Assembly (NCBI GenBank): GCA_040386535.1
Contig: JAZKFH010000046.1
Span: 1 to 64,000, forward strand
Length of the DNA: 64,000 nt
From: Myxococcota bacterium
GTDB lineage: Bacteria > Myxococcota_A > UBA796 > SXON01
Direction: 5' to 3'
In this document: positions 54,925-64,000 of the stretch, one piece after another
How positions within the stretch are numbered: position 1 is the first letter of the stretch
Layout of the letters: the number at the start of each line of letters is the position of its first letter
Position numbers and translations under genes: made by a program
Notes under the pieces: generated by a model
What the model was told of the DNA's origin: nothing
What the model saw: only the letters and a program-made list of their open reading frames with translations
Database searches by the model: none

Positions 54925-55719
54925 ATGTTGCTTCTCCCCCTGGCGCTGTTCCTCGGCTGTGTGGGTGAGGTCGAGGGCGACGAGGCCGGCGAGTGCGCCG
55001 ACGCCGCCGACAACGACCGCAACGGCTACTTCGATTGCGACGACCTCGGCTGCAAGGGGAGCCCGGACTGCGGCGAGGCGGACGCGGACACCGATACCGA
55101 CACGGACACGGACACCGATTCGGACACGGACTCCGACACCGACTCGGACACGGACTCCGATACCGACACGGACACCGATTCGGACACGGACTCCGATACC
55201 GATACGGACACCGATTCGGACACGGACTCCGACACGGACGCGGACACCGATTCGGACACGGACGCCGACACGGACCTCGGGGGCTTCGGGTCCTACGAGC
55301 TCGAGATGGTCGTGAACTGGTCGTTCCCCAGCGGTGGCTTCGACGCCTGCCAGCTCGAGTACACCGGCTCCGGCGACCACGTGGAGACGGACGGCGGTCG
55401 CGTGAGCTTCTTCGGGCCGTACACCCGCGCCTCGACGTGCACCGATCACGCCACGTTCGAGCCGTTCTTCCCCTGGCACGACGCCGACACCGGCGAGGCG
55501 TACGTGAGCTTCGTCTTCACCGACAGCGGCACCGTGCTCGACGAGTGGTTCGAGGACGACGCGGAGACGGCCCTCGGCGAGCGGGCCGAATGGTGGATGT
55601 ACGACATGCGCGAGCCCTACGATCCCGACGTGGCCTTTGCCCGCTACAGCGAGGTGTACACCGATCCGGACGGGTACTTCGCGGTGACGTACGAGGTGGA
55701 GGTTTCGTTCTTGCCGTGA
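54925..55719 (+). CDS. Lipoprotein with Cys/Asp motif and (DT/DS)n stalk
   Basis: AGGAGG RBS; LFLGC; ECADAADNDRNGYFDCDDLGC; DT/DS repeat at 55081-55275. Confidence 0.8.
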   Translation: MLLLPLALFLGCVGEVEGDEAGECADAADNDRNGYFDCDDLGCKGSPDCGEADADTDTDTDTDTDSDTDSDTDSDTDSDTDTDTDSDTDSDTDTDTDSDTDSDTDADTDSDTDADTDLGGFGSYELEMVVNWSFPSGGFDACQLEYTGSGDHVETDGGRVSFFGPYTRASTCTDHATFEPFFPWHDADTGEAYVSFVFTDSGTVLDEWFEDDAETALGERAEWWMYDMREPYDPDVAFARYSEVYTDPDGYFAVTYEVEVSFLP

Positions 55720-55998
55720 GGGCGGGTACGGGGGGCAAGCCCACCTGAATGGGAACGCTCGCGACCCAAGCGGCACCGAGTAGGAAAATCCGCCGCGGGG
55801 CGGGGGCCGCGGCGCCTGTCTTTCTCGCGCTCGCAGCCCGACTTCACGATGGAACGCCGGTTTTCTCGGGTTCCGGCGGCGCGCGTGCCGAAGAACACGC
55901 CCGGTTCACCCATCCCATTCCTGTTCGGTGCGGCTTGCCTCGGGACGATTCCTGTTCGGCGCGGCTTGCCACCGGCGGGGCCCTGGGCGGGGGTGCCC

Positions 55999-56121
55999 GC
56001 GCGAGGTGCCTGGAAGGCGGCCGCGCCGCGCGGCCGGTCCGGCGCGGCTCGGCGCGCCGACCAAGCGGCTCTGCCGCGCGCCTGGAAGGGACCGACCCGG
56101 CGTCCGCGCCGGGACGCGCCC
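55999..56121 (+). repeat. Dispersed structured element, copy E
   Basis: GCGCGAGGTGCCTGGAAGGC..CGGTCCGG..CCGACCAAG..GCCTGGAAGGGACC..GTCCGC-loop hairpin..GCGCCC. Confidence 0.75.
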
Positions 56122-56128
56122 GTAGCCT

Positions 56129-58576
56129 TCACGGCAGCCGCGCGAACACCATCTCGAACGTGGCGCGCGCCTCGGCGTGTGACGTGGTGGCGCAGAGCGA
56201 CGGGGCGCCCGTGCCGAGCACGTCGGGGCCGAAGCCGCCGGAGGTGTAGTCGCCGTCGCGGAGGCGCGCGATGGGGACGGGCTGGCCCATCCCCACGTCT
56301 TCGATGGCGGCGAACACGGTGTCGCCGAGGGGGTCCAGGTAGAGGACCATCAGGTCGGCGCGGTCGTCGCCGATGGCGTGCGCGACCGTGAACGTGTCGC
56401 CGTACACGAGCCACGGCGCGCCGCACGTGGCCGTGGTGATGTCGATGGGGCCGCCGGTGGTCAGCAGGGTGGGGGCGAGCGTGCACAGGGAGGACACCGG
56501 TCGTGTCTCGACCTGCTCGGACGCGAAGAAGAAGGTGTCGGGGACGCCGTCCTCGTCGAGGTCGCCGGGGGAGAGCGAGCCCCGCCACTCCGGGGAGGAG
56601 GTGTCGGTCAGCGTGGCCCACGCGTCCGCGGTGCCGAGGACCCGCGCCGGGTCGAGCTGGGAGGAGAGGAACAGCGTGAACGTCCCGTCCTGGAGCACGA
56701 AGAGTTCGGCGCGGGCGTCGCCGTCGACGTCGGGGATGCAGCGGGGGCCTTCACCTTCGAGCGCGCCGAGGAGCGCGCCGGTGACGTCGCCGGTGCTGGC
56801 GAGCGTGCCGGCGTAGAGCGTCGTGACCGTTCGGAAGCTCTGGAAGAGGTCGTCGCGGCCGTCGCCGTCGAGGTCGCAGCCGAGCGGATCGAGCCGCACG
56901 TCGGCCGCCCACGTGGTGAGGTCGGGGTGGGCGGTGTCGCCGAGGTGGGCTCCGGAGCGGACGTGGTAGGCGAGCCCGTGGTCGTGAGACGTCCAGCTGA
57001 GCAGCTCGGGGATGCTGTCGCCGTCGAGGTCGTCGACGAACGTGGGGTCATCCACGCCGAGGTCGATGGAGACGTCGGCCTCACACATGGTGAGGTCGCC
57101 GCCGCCCGCGAGGCGCGTGCCGTCGAAGAGGGTCAGGCGGTCGTCGAGGAACACGAGATCGTCCAGGGCGTCGCCGGTGAGGTCGACCCAGACGGGGTGC
57201 CCGGGGTCGCGGCCCGAGTGGCTGGGCACGAGCGCGGGGGTGGCGTCGGCGACGCCGTCGAGCGCGGCGAAGCGCCACACGGACGCGGTGGAGACCCAGC
57301 CGTCGTCAGGCGAGGAGGCCCAGATCGCGCCGTCTTCATCGGTGGCGAGCGTGTCCTCGGTCGAGCGGCCGGCGTGGTCGATGCGGGCGCGTTCGAGCCG
57401 GATCCCGGCGAGCAGCGACGCGCCGTCCCACGCCACCAAGGCGTCGGCGAGCTGGGCCCACACCTCGCGGACGCCGTCGCCGTCGAGGTCGGCGCCGCTC
57501 GCCACCGCCGAGGGGGGCTCCGCGTCGGCGCTCCGCACGCACGTGAACGGGGCGCCCGCCCGGTCCGCGGCCTCGCCGTGGGTGACGCAGAGGCGGTCGT
57601 CGCCCGAGAACAACAGCTCGTTGGCGCCGCCGCCGTCGAGGTCGCCGAGGTCGAGCAGGTCCGCCGCGCTCTCGACGTAGCTGCGCGCGGACGCGTAGCG
57701 GTCGAGCACCACGTCCTCCGCGCCGGCGAGGAACGCCGCGGAGCCGACGATCACGAGATCGCGCCCCTCCTCGGTCACGAACTCGCGCAGGCCGTCGCCG
57801 TCGAGGTCCTGGTCGAGCACGCGCACGACGCCGCCGAGGCCGACCAAAGCCGCGCCGTGAGTGACCGCGCCACCGTCGGCGCCGAAGTCGGGATCGAGCA
57901 CCGTCGTGAGCCCGAGGACGGACGCGCTGTCGAACTCTCCCTCGTAGGCGAACAACCAGTCGTCGCGGCCGTCGCCGTCGAGGTCGTCCCAGCGCGCCAC
58001 GGCGAGGTCCTGCGCTTCGATCAGGGTGCCGGGGGTGAGGTCGCCGCCCGCGAGGAGGTCGGCGCCCGACACCACCGTCGCGAACGAGGTGTAGTCGTCG
58101 GTCCACGCGAGCAGGTCCTCCACGCTGTCGCCGTCGCGATCGCCCACCCACTGCACGCGTCCGCCGAAGTGGGCGTCGGGCCTGTCGTGCACGACCCGTG
58201 CCCACGCCGAGGAGAACTCGAGCGACGGCGCCGCCGCGAGGTCGACCCCGCGGAAGAAGTAGACCGCGCCCACGCCGTCGAACACCGCGTCGTGGCCCGG
58301 CACGCCCACCACGAGCTCGTCGAGGCCGTCGCCGTCGAGATCGGTGCCGACCGCGAGCGGGAAGGGGCCGTCGTGCGTGGTGCCGCACGCGGAGATGCGC
58401 AGGTCGGGAGCCTCGTCGAGGGTGGCGGCCCAGGTGTGGGCGCCGAGGAGGCTGGGGGGCTCGGCGGTGTCGGTCGTGTCGGACGTGTCTGGGGCGGTGT
58501 CGGCGATGTCGGTTTCGTCGTCAGGCGGAGCTGTGTGCTCGGGTTCCGTGCAGGCCGCGAGGAGGAGCGTGATCAC
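56129..58576 (-). CDS. FG-GAP/VCBS-repeat lipoprotein
   Basis: LLLAAC; many DLDGDGxxE/D motifs. Confidence 0.82.
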   Translation of the reverse strand: MITLLLAACTEPEHTAPPDDETDIADTAPDTSDTTDTAEPPSLLGAHTWAATLDEAPDLRISACGTTHDGPFPLAVGTDLDGDGLDELVVGVPGHDAVFDGVGAVYFFRGVDLAAAPSLEFSSAWARVVHDRPDAHFGGRVQWVGDRDGDSVEDLLAWTDDYTSFATVVSGADLLAGGDLTPGTLIEAQDLAVARWDDLDGDGRDDWLFAYEGEFDSASVLGLTTVLDPDFGADGGAVTHGAALVGLGGVVRVLDQDLDGDGLREFVTEEGRDLVIVGSAAFLAGAEDVVLDRYASARSYVESAADLLDLGDLDGGGANELLFSGDDRLCVTHGEAADRAGAPFTCVRSADAEPPSAVASGADLDGDGVREVWAQLADALVAWDGASLLAGIRLERARIDHAGRSTEDTLATDEDGAIWASSPDDGWVSTASVWRFAALDGVADATPALVPSHSGRDPGHPVWVDLTGDALDDLVFLDDRLTLFDGTRLAGGGDLTMCEADVSIDLGVDDPTFVDDLDGDSIPELLSWTSHDHGLAYHVRSGAHLGDTAHPDLTTWAADVRLDPLGCDLDGDGRDDLFQSFRTVTTLYAGTLASTGDVTGALLGALEGEGPRCIPDVDGDARAELFVLQDGTFTLFLSSQLDPARVLGTADAWATLTDTSSPEWRGSLSPGDLDEDGVPDTFFFASEQVETRPVSSLCTLAPTLLTTGGPIDITTATCGAPWLVYGDTFTVAHAIGDDRADLMVLYLDPLGDTVFAAIEDVGMGQPVPIARLRDGDYTSGGFGPDVLGTGAPSLCATTSHAEARATFEMVFARLP

Positions 58577-59862
58577 GCGCGACGCCGACGTGCCAGCAGC
58601 GCGCCGAGCAGGGCCTGGATGAAGAGCGTGGGGGGCGTGACGGTCGTGCAGCCGGTGGGGGCGGCTTCGGGGGGCGCTTCGTCTTCGGTGGGCGCTTCGG
58701 CTTCGGGGGCTTCTTCGGGTGCTTCTTCCTCGGGCTCTTCTTCGGGTTCCTCTTCTTCCGGGGCGGTGTCGGTCTCGACCGCGTCCACGCCGTCGCAGTC
58801 CTGGTCGATGCCGTCGCCGGTCACCTCGGCCGCGCCCGGGTGGCGGGCGGGGTCGGTGTCGTCGCAGTCGTCCGCGAGCGCGGCGCCGTCGTGATCCTGG
58901 TCGTGGTCGTCATCGCCGGCGCAGTCGGTGTCGAGGCCGTCGTACCAGGTGTCCGCGGCGCCGGGGTGCACGGCGCGGTCGGTGTCGTCGCAGTCGGCGG
59001 GGCTGTCCCAGCCGTCGCGGTCCAGGTCGGCGATGTCGGCGCCGTCGCAGTCCTGGTCGATGCCGTCGTAGGGGATCTCCACCGCGCATGTGTGCGCGCT
59101 CGGGTCGGTGTCGTCGCAGTCGGCGGTGCCCGCGTACCCATCGCCGTCGGCGTCGTCGCCCAGGTACTCCCACGTCACGAGGTCGACGAAGCCGTAGGGC
59201 ACGCCGTCCATCCAGGCGTTCGCGCCCCAGGGGCCGCTGCAGTAGTCCGCGATGGTCACGAGCACCTCCGTGGTGCCGACGGTGACCGACGAGCCTTCGC
59301 CGCTGCTGGCGCTCCAGGCGCACGTGCCGTCGTCCCAGGCCATGGCGGTGGTGGTCGTGGAGCCCCGATCCTCGCTGGACCGGGCCGTGAACGCGCCGTC
59401 CACCGGCCACTCCGCGTCGAGCACGCCCACCCACGACACCGTCCACTCCGTCGCGCTCGTCGCGCTCGACCCGTAGTCGGCCCACGTGCGCTCTTGCGTC
59501 ACGTCGAGCCGCGTCCACGTCTCGCCCGCGTCCGCCGGCGGCTCCACCACGATGTGGGTGACGACGCTCCCGGCGCTGTCGTAGCCGCTCGACCCGTCGA
59601 TCACCGCCTCGTCGTACTCCACCCACGCGCCGGCCGCGGTCGTGCCCGTCCAGCACGTGTCCGCGGTGGCGCACGCGGTGAGCTCGCTCGTGTCGACCCA
59701 CGCCTCGACGAGGTCCATCGCGGCCTGCCCGGCCTCCTCGACGCCCGTGGTCTCGTCGCGCACCGCGTCGATGTAGGGCCGCGCGTCGGCGGGGGCGCCC
59801 ACGGCCACGCATTCGCGCGGCAGGTCGAGGGCGAGCGCGGTTTGGAGCGCGAGGAGGAGCAT
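58573..59862 (-). CDS. Exported protein with MopE-like repeats, acidic linker and MYXO-CTERM-like tail
   Basis: Short ALA signal; DCDD..PGA repeats; tail GCTTV..IQALLGALLARRRRA. Confidence 0.8.
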   Translation of the reverse strand: MLLLALQTALALDLPRECVAVGAPADARPYIDAVRDETTGVEEAGQAAMDLVEAWVDTSELTACATADTCWTGTTAAGAWVEYDEAVIDGSSGYDSAGSVVTHIVVEPPADAGETWTRLDVTQERTWADYGSSATSATEWTVSWVGVLDAEWPVDGAFTARSSEDRGSTTTTAMAWDDGTCAWSASSGEGSSVTVGTTEVLVTIADYCSGPWGANAWMDGVPYGFVDLVTWEYLGDDADGDGYAGTADCDDTDPSAHTCAVEIPYDGIDQDCDGADIADLDRDGWDSPADCDDTDRAVHPGAADTWYDGLDTDCAGDDDHDQDHDGAALADDCDDTDPARHPGAAEVTGDGIDQDCDGVDAVETDTAPEEEEPEEEPEEEAPEEAPEAEAPTEDEAPPEAAPTGCTTVTPPTLFIQALLGALLARRRRA

Positions 59863-59899
59863 TCGGCAAGATTACCCTGGGGTCGGGTCGTTTGGCGAC

Positions 59900-60050
59900 A
59901 GCCGGACGTAGCCGGCGGGGACGCAGGGAGGGATTCGCGGTCACGCTCGCAGTCGTCCGGCTGTGGGCCGGCCGACTGGCGCGGGCGGTCGGCGTCGGCG
60001 TGGCGCTCCGCGGCGCCCGCGCCACCTTCCAGGCCCCCTTGCGCGGGGTG
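59900..60050 (-). repeat. Dispersed structured element, copy I (3' part degenerate)
   Basis: CACCCCGCGCAAGGGGGCCTGGA(A/G)GGTGGCGCGGGCG nearly identical to copy H; shared CGCCCGCGCCAGTC.GCCGGCCC.CAGCCGG. Confidence 0.65.
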
Positions 60051-60469
60051 CCGCTCGCGCGAACACACAGAGGGCGGCCGCGGCGTGGGGCTCGGGAGGG
60101 GTGGCGTCGTCGCGGAAGCGGGCCGGGTGCGCAGTCGGTCTCGGGCGGGCCGCCCGTTGCCTGCCACATGTGGGGGGACCGGCGCCGGGGCCCCCTACTT
60201 GTGGCACGTGGACGCCTCTCGCGACGCCCAGCGCCCTGGACCTTGCCGCCGACGTTGCCCCTCACGAGGTGCGCGAGCCCGTCCGAGGGGCGCGTCGTGA
60301 GCGCGCTACCGAAGCGGGAGGCGATGGCACTGTCGTAGCGCAGGTCCGGCGGCCACGCTGCGGCCACCGTTCGTTCGTGCGCGGGAGCAGCGGGAGTGTG
60401 AGGGCGCTGTCGCGGCGCGTGCGGTTCGAGCAGGCGCCCGGCTCGGCCACATCGGGGGGTGCGGTGCCC

Positions 60470-61225
60470 CCAGTTCGGCGCGTCCCGCGCGCTGAACTCG
60501 GAGGATGGCGTCTCCATGCCTATGCACGTCCCGCAGGCGCGCGTGCGTCCCAGCAGGCCGTGGCTCCCGAGGTCTCTGGAGCCCACGGGCGACTCCGCCA
60601 ATCGCGGCGGCCGCCGTGGGAGGCCAACCGCAGGGTCATGTCCCCATGACTGCACGCGGCACGGAGTCATGCCGGGGTGAACGCTCGAATCCAGGCCGCG
60701 AGCGCTCGCCCCAGCGCGAAAAACGCCGCTTGCTCCGTAGAGGGCGCGCGGAGCGAGCCTCGAATTGGGCGTTCACGGGGGCATGACTTCGATTTAGCGG
60801 CGTTGAAGGGGGCATGACCTCGGATTTCGGCGCCCTCGTACTCGAGGGCTGAGGGCAGTGCGTAGGCATGGGCGTCTCATCCGGCGAGTTGGGCGCGTCC
60901 GGAAGGGGGGCCTGTTCGACAAGGGGATTCGGGGCCGCAAGGCGGCCCACGCCTCTGCGAGGTCACCCGAGTCGTGCTCGACCGCGTGGTCGGGCGCATG
61001 GCCCGCCGACAGGAACCGATCACACCCGGGGGTACCTGGCGCAGCCCCCCCGCCGGATGGCCGAGCTGGGCGCGGCCCGGGCGCCAGTCGGGGGATGGCG
61101 TTTCATCCAGCAGCGCGCCGCGCCGAACGTGGTGGCGCCTCTCATCCGGCGAGTTCGGCGCGTCCCGCGCGCCGAACGTGGGGGCGCCTCTCATCCGGCG
61201 AATTCGGCGCGCGCGCCGAGCTCGG
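60470..61225. repeat. Cluster of REP-like hairpins CTCATCCGGCGAGTTCGGCGCG..CGCGCCGAAC
   Basis: Copies near 60471, 60876, 61104 (partial), 61143 and 61192 (49-bp spacing); AGTCGGGGGATG at 61086 resembles the ends of the other arrays. Confidence 0.7.
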
Positions 61226-61297
61226 GCCGCACCTTGGCCGGCACCCGCGCCCGATGGGGGGCCGTCCCAACCCTCGCCCACGGCCAACACCACCCCC

Positions 61298-61426
61298 GCG
61301 CGAGGCGCCTGGAGGGCGGCCGCGCGCCGCGCGCGGACGGTCCGGCCGGGCGCCGCGCCCGGACGACCAAGCGGCTCCGCCGCGCGCCCGCAAGGCACCG
61401 GTCCGGCGTCCGCGCCGGACGCGCCC
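61298..61426 (+). repeat. Dispersed structured element, copy F
   Basis: GCGCGAGGCGCCTGGAGGGC..CGGTCCGG..CGACCAAGCGGCTCCGCCGCGCGCCCGCAAGGCACC..GCGCCC. Confidence 0.75.
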
Positions 61427-61506
61427 GCCCGTTGCCGCCGAACCCTCGCCGCCAGTTGCCTCCGCACCCGAACCCGCCGTACCCTGCCGGTTCTCTTCGG
61501 ATCCCC

Positions 61507-63456
61507 ATGCCCGTCGCCTTCGTCATCGGCGCCCCCCGCAGCGGCACCACCCTCCTCCGCGTCATGCTCGCGGGGCACCCCCAGCTGTTCTCGCCGCCCG
61601 AGATGGTCATCGCGCCGTTCGCGACGATGCAGGAGCGCAAGGCGCGCCTCGCCGAGCGGTTCTGGGAGAAGGGCGGCCTGCGCCGCGCGCTCATGGAGCT
61701 CGACGGGCTCGATGTCGAGGCCGCGAAGGTGCGCGAGGCGACGTTCGACGACAAGACGGTGCCCGAGGTCTACCAGTACCTGTTCGACCGCCTTCACAAT
61801 GACGACGGCAGCGAGCGCATCCTGGTCGACAAGTGCCCGCACCTCGTCGCGACGCCCGAAGCGCTCACGCGCCTGGCCAAGTGGTACCCGGACGCGCGCT
61901 GGATCTGGATCATCCGCCACCCGGGCAGCGTGACCCGCAGCGTCGAGAACATGCCGATGGCCGAGGTCATGCTCCAGGGCTACGCGCCCGAGGCGCGCGA
62001 CATCTGGCACCACGCCAACCGCAACCTGCAGCGCTTCCTGGCGGGGGTGGCGGACGACCGCAAGGTGCTGGTCCGCTACGAGGAGCTCGTGGCCGACGCG
62101 CGGCCGGTGCTCGAGCGCGTGTGCGCCACGCTCGGCGTGCCCTTCCACGAGGCGGTGCTCGATCCGTACGAGGGCGACCGCATGCGCGAGGGGCCCCCGG
62201 GCGCGCGCGCCGTGGGCGATCCCAACATGGCCGGGCGCGGCAAGATCGATCCGACGCTCGCGACGAAGTGGCTCGGCGGCTTCGACCCCGCCAGCGTCAG
62301 CCCCGAGACCCACACGCTCGCCCGCGACCTCGGCTACGACCTCGGCGCCCTGCCGCCGCCGCCGATCGCCCAGGCCACGATGGCGATGAACGCGCTGTTC
62401 GACACGGCCCGCGAGCTCGAGGCGAAGATCAAGGTGCCCGCCGACCTCGACGCGGTCGAGGGCCGCCGCTTCCTCCTGCGCATGGTGGCCGCGAGCATCG
62501 ATCTCTTCGTGGAGGAGGGCGATGTCGAGGCGCCGCACTTCCACCACTCGGAGGGGCCCACGCGCAAGGTGTTCGCCGACAACCCCGACGCCGACTACCT
62601 CCGCGCGCCCATCCGCCTCGGGCGCGATTCGTCGGGAGCCGCGCGCGTGTACCGGGTGTGGGGCACGGTGCCGCCGGGCACGCAATATGTCGGCATGCTG
62701 CTGTACAAGCGCGGCGGGATGGTCGGCAATCGGCTCCAGGACTTCGCGTTCGTGCAGCCGGGTGGCACGTTCGACGTGCGCATCTCCTCGGACGACGCCC
62801 CCGAGGGCGAGGCGGGGGTCTGGCTCAAGGGCGACGGCGACGAGACCGCCGTCATGATCCGCCAGTACTACACCGACCGCGCCACCCAGCCGCCCGTGAC
62901 GTTGCACGTGGAACGTTTGGGTGCCGCCGCACCTGGGCCCTTGACGGCGCAAGAGCTCGCCAAGGGCCTCGAGCGCGCCCGTCGCAACCTCACGACCGTT
63001 TTCGAGCGCACGCTCCAGGGCTACACGTTCGCGTCGCAGATGGCGCTGAACCGCTTCGTCGCGCTCGACGGCGAGCAGTTCTTCCCCACGCCCGACAACA
63101 AGTACCTGTTGTGCTGGTACCGCTTCGGCGAGGACCAGGTCATGTTCGTGCGCGGCCGCCTGCCGAAGGCGCGATACTTCAGCTTCACGCTGTACAACGC
63201 GTGGATGGAGAGCCTGGACTACACCCGCCCGGCGCTGGGGCGGGTCTCGCTCAACCACGCGCAGATCGAGACGGACGAGCACGGGAACTTCGAGCTCTGC
63301 CTCGCCCACGAGAACCCCGGCCACCCCAACTGGATCGCCACCACGGGCCACGCCGCCGGCTACCTGCTCGCGCGGTCGCTGCTGCCCGAGGAGGCCCTCC
63401 CGGTGCCGACGATCGAGGTGCGGTACCTGCGGGAGTGGAAGGGGTCGCGGTCGTAG
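61507..63456 (+). CDS. PAPS-dependent sulfotransferase fused to a DUF1214-like C-terminal region
   Basis: IGAPRSGTTLLRVMLAGHPQLFSPPE, LVDKCP, IIRHP, VRYEELV, GDPN; C-terminal DNPDADY..A, IRQYY, YNAWMESLDY, PNWI.T.GH. Confidence 0.82.
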   Translation: MPVAFVIGAPRSGTTLLRVMLAGHPQLFSPPEMVIAPFATMQERKARLAERFWEKGGLRRALMELDGLDVEAAKVREATFDDKTVPEVYQYLFDRLHNDDGSERILVDKCPHLVATPEALTRLAKWYPDARWIWIIRHPGSVTRSVENMPMAEVMLQGYAPEARDIWHHANRNLQRFLAGVADDRKVLVRYEELVADARPVLERVCATLGVPFHEAVLDPYEGDRMREGPPGARAVGDPNMAGRGKIDPTLATKWLGGFDPASVSPETHTLARDLGYDLGALPPPPIAQATMAMNALFDTARELEAKIKVPADLDAVEGRRFLLRMVAASIDLFVEEGDVEAPHFHHSEGPTRKVFADNPDADYLRAPIRLGRDSSGAARVYRVWGTVPPGTQYVGMLLYKRGGMVGNRLQDFAFVQPGGTFDVRISSDDAPEGEAGVWLKGDGDETAVMIRQYYTDRATQPPVTLHVERLGAAAPGPLTAQELAKGLERARRNLTTVFERTLQGYTFASQMALNRFVALDGEQFFPTPDNKYLLCWYRFGEDQVMFVRGRLPKARYFSFTLYNAWMESLDYTRPALGRVSLNHAQIETDEHGNFELCLAHENPGHPNWIATTGHAAGYLLARSLLPEEALPVPTIEVRYLREWKGSRS

Positions 63457-63481
63457 GGCTGCGTCGTGACCGAGGGCGTTC

Positions 63482-63614
63482 GGGCGCCCCCGCGCGGACA
63501 CGGGCGGTCTCCCTCCGGGGTCGGCCTGCGGCCTCCGTTGGTGCGGCGGCGCGGGTCTCGCGCCGGGCACCGAACCGCGCGGCGCAGCCGCGCGCCCTGC
63601 GGTCCACCTGGCGC
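63482..63614 (-). repeat. Dispersed structured element, copy G (diverged)
   Basis: Reverse complement GCGCCAGGTGGACCGCAGGGC-hairpin-CGGTTCGG..GCACCAA..CCCCGGAGGGAGACC-GTCCGC-loop hairpin-GCGCCC. Confidence 0.55.
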
Positions 63615-63762
63615 GGGCGCTTTGTGGGCCTCGGCGGGGGTGTGGGGCGGGGCTGGCTGAGGGGCGCTCGGAGAGGGCGCTTGGAGAGGGCGCGTGACCG
63701 GCCTCGCGGCCTCGCCCGCGGGTCCGACTTCGCGTGCGCCCCGGCGCAAGCTACGTTCGGGC

Positions 63763-63951
63763 ATGCGCGACCTGCTCGACCGCCTCGGATGCGTCATCCA
63801 GCTGGGCGTGGGCGTGGGTGCGTTCGCCCTACTGGTGACGTGCACGGCGTTGCCGCTCTGGGCCTCGGTGGGCATTGCCGGCGTGGCGAGCTTCGTTGGG
63901 ACGTGGCTCCTGGTCGCCGTAGTCGGGGGCGTGCTCGACGCGCTGGGGTAG
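63763..63951 (+). CDS. Small two-TM membrane protein
   Basis: MRDLLDRLGCVIQLG.. hydrophobic 62 aa; TACGTT 5 nt upstream. Confidence 0.55.
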   Translation: MRDLLDRLGCVIQLGVGVGAFALLVTCTALPLWASVGIAGVASFVGTWLLVAVVGGVLDALG

Positions 63952-64000
63952 GGGCGCGTCCGCGAAAGGTCGAGAGCCCGTTCGAAGCCCCTCGGGCGCG

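Noticed and set aside
59863..60950. Protein-coding genes in the large intergenic gap
   Set aside because: The available ORFs are low-complexity with no recognisable motif or clear codon bias; a short gene or pseudogene fragment cannot be excluded.

Overview
Very GC-rich bacterial DNA (visually >70% GC). The gene content suggests Myxococcota or a related lineage (inference from Cys/Asp-rich 'putative metal-binding/MopE-like' repeat proteins, MYXO-CTERM-like tails, DUF2330 and CotH lipoproteins). About 40 CDS were identified: a RAYT-type HUH/Y1 transposase at the left end, a YyaL/SPATA20-NHLRC2 double-thioredoxin fusion, tandem hybrid histidine kinases, an IorAB-type molybdo-oxidoreductase operon with a diheme cytochrome c, many secreted or lipoprotein surface proteins, SulP, a B12 radical SAM protein, OmpA/MotB, a CDF exporter, MutS2 and a sulfotransferase-DUF1214-like fusion. 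The most striking unannotated signal is non-coding. A ~120-185 nt intergenic element occurs in about 9 diverged copies. It keeps a predicted multi-stem fold with compensatory base changes, flanks the RAYT gene on both sides and elsewhere brackets ~50-bp-period palindromic (REP-like) arrays. A second signal is the set of very short signal peptides on apparently leaderless genes. No rRNA, tRNA or CRISPR array was recognised. All family assignments are from motif recognition by eye, not database searches.
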